Assembly (NCBI GenBank): GCA_040767195.1 | Contig: JAXGPA010000001.1 | Coordinates: forward strand, 704,001-768,000 | Source: Syntrophales bacterium | GTDB taxonomy: Bacteria; Desulfobacterota; Syntrophia; Syntrophales; UBA6807 | Direction: 5' to 3' | DNA: 64,000 nt | Shown: positions 61,215 to 64,000 of the stretch, piece by piece | How positions within the stretch are numbered: the stretch's first letter is position 1 | Layout of the letters: every line of letters begins with the position of its first letter | The notes under the pieces: model-generated | Databases searched by the model: none | The model's input: the letters and a program-made list of their open reading frames with translations, nothing else | What the model was told of the DNA's origin: nothing | Position numbers and translations under genes: made by a program

Positions 61215-61328
61215 CTGCGGGTCTTGACGGACCGGGAGTCACGCTCCGTCTTTACCGATCAAGCACGGGCAGGAAGCGGCACGATGCCGCTTCGATCTGA
61301 AAACGAAGAAAGAAAAGGAGGTTACTTC

Positions 61329-62297
61329 ATGAAGCGTATTCTTTACGTTCTGTTCATCACGGCCCTGGCCGTCGGTCTCGTCTTCGGGGGACAGGCCCTG
61401 GCGGCGAAAAAAATGTTCCTCACCCTCGCTTCCGGAAGCCCCGGGGGCGTTTATTATCCCCTTGGCGGCGGGATGGCCGTGGTCATCGAAAAAACCATCG
61501 AGGATCTCCGGTGCGCCGCCGAGTCCACCGGGGCATCCGTGGAAAACTGCCGGCTCGTGGGCAAAAGGGAATCGGACATGGGCATGGTCATGGGAAGCGT
61601 AGCCTACAAGGCTCTGAACGGCCTGGACCCTTTCGAGGAAAAATATGACCTCGTGGCCCTGTTCCAGATGTATCCCGCCCCGGAGCACATCGTCACGACA
61701 TCCCAGTCGGGCATCAAGACCATGGCGGATCTCAGGGGAAAGAAGATTTCCATTGACGTTCCCGGCAGCGGCTGCTCCACCATGGCGAAGGTCATGCTGG
61801 AAGAGGCGGGCTTCGACCTGGAAAAGGACGTGACCATCGCCAATCTCTCCCAGACCGAATCGGTCCAGGCCCTGAAAGACGGGGTCGTTGACGCCGTCTT
61901 CTTCAACTTCGCCTACCCCGGCGCGGCGGTCATGGATCTGGCGGCCACCCGGGACATTGTGCTCGTTCCCATCGAGGCGGCCCTGGCGGACAGGATCATT
62001 CAGAAATACCCCTACTACCTGAAAATCACGATCCCCGGAAACACATACAGTGACGTGGATTACGATGTCCTGTGCCTCGGGGATTCCAACGTTCTCATCG
62101 CGAGCAAGCGCATGCTCCAGGGCGTGGCCTACAAGGTCGTCAAGGCTATTTTCTCCAATGTCGACCAGGGGAAATACGCCCTGACCTACATTCACCCCAT
62201 CGCCGCCCAGCTGACGCCGGCCAATGCCGTGAACAGCCCCATCGCGCTCCATCCGGGAGCCCTCCAGTATTTCAAGGAAGTGGGCGCCGTAAAGTAG
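61329..62297 (+). CDS. TAXI-family TRAP transporter solute receptor
   Basis: signal peptide; SGSPGGVYYPLG, STGASVEN, LHPGALQYFKE. Confidence 0.95.
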   Translation: MKRILYVLFITALAVGLVFGGQALAAKKMFLTLASGSPGGVYYPLGGGMAVVIEKTIEDLRCAAESTGASVENCRLVGKRESDMGMVMGSVAYKALNGLDPFEEKYDLVALFQMYPAPEHIVTTSQSGIKTMADLRGKKISIDVPGSGCSTMAKVMLEEAGFDLEKDVTIANLSQTESVQALKDGVVDAVFFNFAYPGAAVMDLAATRDIVLVPIEAALADRIIQKYPYYLKITIPGNTYSDVDYDVLCLGDSNVLIASKRMLQGVAYKVVKAIFSNVDQGKYALTYIHPIAAQLTPANAVNSPIALHPGALQYFKEVGAVK

Positions 62298-62311
62298 CAA
62301 CAAATCGTTTC

Positions 62312-62345
62312 GCCCGGCCGGCCTCGGAACCGGCCGGGCTTTTTT
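62312..62345 (+). terminator. rho-independent terminator
   Basis: GCCCGGCCGG-8 nt-CCGGCCGGGC followed by TTTTTT. Confidence 0.85.
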
Positions 62346-62398
62346 ATCTTCCTTCATGACAGCTGGACTTTTAAAAAGTCTTCAAGATGTTCTTTTCC

Positions 62399-62524
62399 GA
62401 CGGCTTCGCGAAAGGCTCCCCAGGCCGTTGCCCGGGTATTCGAGAAATGAGGGGAATCGGCCGCTCCGAAACATTGACAGGACACGGAAAGCCTCGAAAC
62501 AGCCGGGCTTTTCGTGAAACCGTC
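62399..62524. repeat. diverged 126-bp copy of the inverted-repeat element
   Basis: GACGGCTTCGCGAAAGGCTC...GGGCTTTTCGTGAAACCGTC; aligns without gaps to 59743-59868. Confidence 0.7.
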
Positions 62525-63037
62525 ATGACAGGAAAACGGGTTTTACCGGTTCTATTCCTTTTGTGTCTCTCTCTTATTTTTCCCGGAGAGGAGGGACAAG
62601 GCGGGGAAAGTTCCTTTTTTTCTCTCCGGGTTGTCCGGGAACCGGGGGGGTCGTGCCTGCTCAACCGCCCCGTGAGGGCCGGTGACCGTTTCTACCTGGA
62701 ATACACCCACTCTTCCGACCTGACCCCCGTGCGCGACACCTTCGTCATCGATGAAGGGGGGGGGATCCGAATCGTCTCGGAAGAATACGACTGGTATGGC
62801 GCCGGCCTGGAGTTTCAATCCCATGGCGGACGGACTGTTCGTTTCGGGGAAAAGAAGACCGTCGTGACCCTGGACCGGCCCATGGACCCCTTTTACCTCC
62901 GGGTGGGCAGAACGGCGAACCATGTTCTGACCGTGGGCGGCAAAGCCTATCCCCTGAAGACCATCGCCGAAGGCGGGGACCGGGTGCGCATTTTCGCAGT
63001 CGCTGAAGAGAAACCCGGGAGAAAGGAAGTGCCATGA
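62525..63037 (+). CDS. DUF1850 family protein
   Basis: FYLEYTHS..PVRD, GAGL; typical position between TAXI receptor and permease. Confidence 0.85.
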   Translation: MTGKRVLPVLFLLCLSLIFPGEEGQGGESSFFSLRVVREPGGSCLLNRPVRAGDRFYLEYTHSSDLTPVRDTFVIDEGGGIRIVSEEYDWYGAGLEFQSHGGRTVRFGEKKTVVTLDRPMDPFYLRVGRTANHVLTVGGKAYPLKTIAEGGDRVRIFAVAEEKPGRKEVP

Positions 63038-64000
63038 CCATCGACCCGAGGAAGCCGGCGGAGAGCCACGATGGGTCCGACGCCGCCAGGGCCCAGGAAA
63101 TCCTGAAAAAATTCGAGAGAAAGAGGGAATATGGGGGAGCGGCGGGAAAAGCCGTCACGGTCATCGCTGTCGTCACCTCCCTGTACCACCTGCTTTATGC
63201 CTATATTCACCCTTTTTTCGCTCTCGATCACAGGGCCCTCCACTGGATGTTCATGTCCATCCTCGCCTTCGCCCTCTACCCCCTTTCCCGAAAGCGGTCT
63301 CCCAAAAACCGGATGTCCCTTTTCGACGGCATATTCCTGGCCGTTTCCTGCGGCATCTGCGTCTGGATTTTCATCTATTCCACCCCCATCCTGAACCGGG
63401 CGGGTGCCTTTCAACCTCTCGACGTAGCCCTGGGAACCCTCCTCGTCCTCATTGTTCTCGAGGCCTCCCGGAGAACCACGGGACCGGCGGTTCCCCTCAT
63501 CGCTGTTTTCTTTATCCTTTATGCCATTTTCGGCCCCTACCTTCCCGATTATTTCGCCCACCGGGGGTACAGCATCAAGCGCCTGTCCACCTACTTGGCC
63601 CTGTCGACGGACGGGATTTTCGGTGTTCCCCTCGGGGTGTCGGCGAACTTCATCCTTCTTTTCATCCTCTACGGAGCCCTTCTCCGGAAGACGGGAGCGG
63701 GTCAGTTTTTTACCGATGTGGCCTTCGCCCTCACCGGTGGGACCCGGGGGGGACCGGCCAAGGCCGCCGTCGCCTCCAGCACGTTTTTCGGCATGATATC
63801 GGGGAGTTCCGTGGCAAATACAGTCACCACCGGCTCCTTCACGATTCCTCTCATGAAAAGAACGGGATACCCGGACTACTTCGCCGCCGGGGTGGAAGCC
63901 TCATCGTCCACCATGGGGCAGATCATGCCGCCCATCATGGGGGCGGCGGCGTTCATCATGGCCGAGTTCCTGGCCGTGCCGTACATCAAGGTCTGCATCG
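63034..64000 (+). CDS. TRAP transporter fused 4TM/12TM permease, 3'-truncated (not in ORF track)
   Basis: ATGA overlap; frame encodes GIFGVPLGVSA, GGPAKAAV, GSSVANTVTTGSFTIPLMK, GQIMPPIMGAAAF. Confidence 0.95.
   Translation, partial: MTIDPRKPAESHDGSDAARAQEILKKFERKREYGGAAGKAVTVIAVVTSLYHLLYAYIHPFFALDHRALHWMFMSILAFALYPLSRKRSPKNRMSLFDGIFLAVSCGICVWIFIYSTPILNRAGAFQPLDVALGTLLVLIVLEASRRTTGPAVPLIAVFFILYAIFGPYLPDYFAHRGYSIKRLSTYLALSTDGIFGVPLGVSANFILLFILYGALLRKTGAGQFFTDVAFALTGGTRGGPAKAAVASSTFFGMISGSSVANTVTTGSFTIPLMKRTGYPDYFAAGVEASSSTMGQIMPPIMGAAAFIMAEFLAVPYIKVCI

Overview
GC-rich bacterial chromosomal window. Gene content (AOR, sigma54 two-component system, YedE/YedF, TAXI-TRAP, IspH-UbiA fusion) suggests an anaerobic Desulfobacterota/Syntrophales-like organism; this is an inference. 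Housekeeping blocks: ispA-dxs-tlyA-ispH...nifU-fdx-tmk-holB-ricT-metG; fbp-fba; uvrB-uvrC; rpmH-rnpA-yidD-yidC-jag-mnmE. Accessory parts: a secreted caspase-PEGA-FGE gene and a DUF4384 gene separated by an AT-rich insert carrying an IS481 relic, a vapBC-type module, a GNAT-deacetylase fusion, a HEAT/permuted NlpC-P60 pair, a class II photolyase cluster, an ABC exporter and a TRAP transporter. Three signals not shown by the ORF track stand out. (1) A small membrane-protein gene (32033-32440) has an in-frame TGA in a UxxC context followed by a SECIS-like hairpin, a candidate new selenoprotein upstream of a QueG-like Fe-S gene. (2) A putative sigma54 transcript (37116->36447, minus strand) has enhancer-like sites, two perfect hairpins exposing anti-Shine-Dalgarno loops, a small ORF and a terminator. 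(3) A family of ~125-bp inverted-repeat elements has at least 3 copies and shows compensatory stem changes. No rRNA, tRNA or CRISPR array was recognised.
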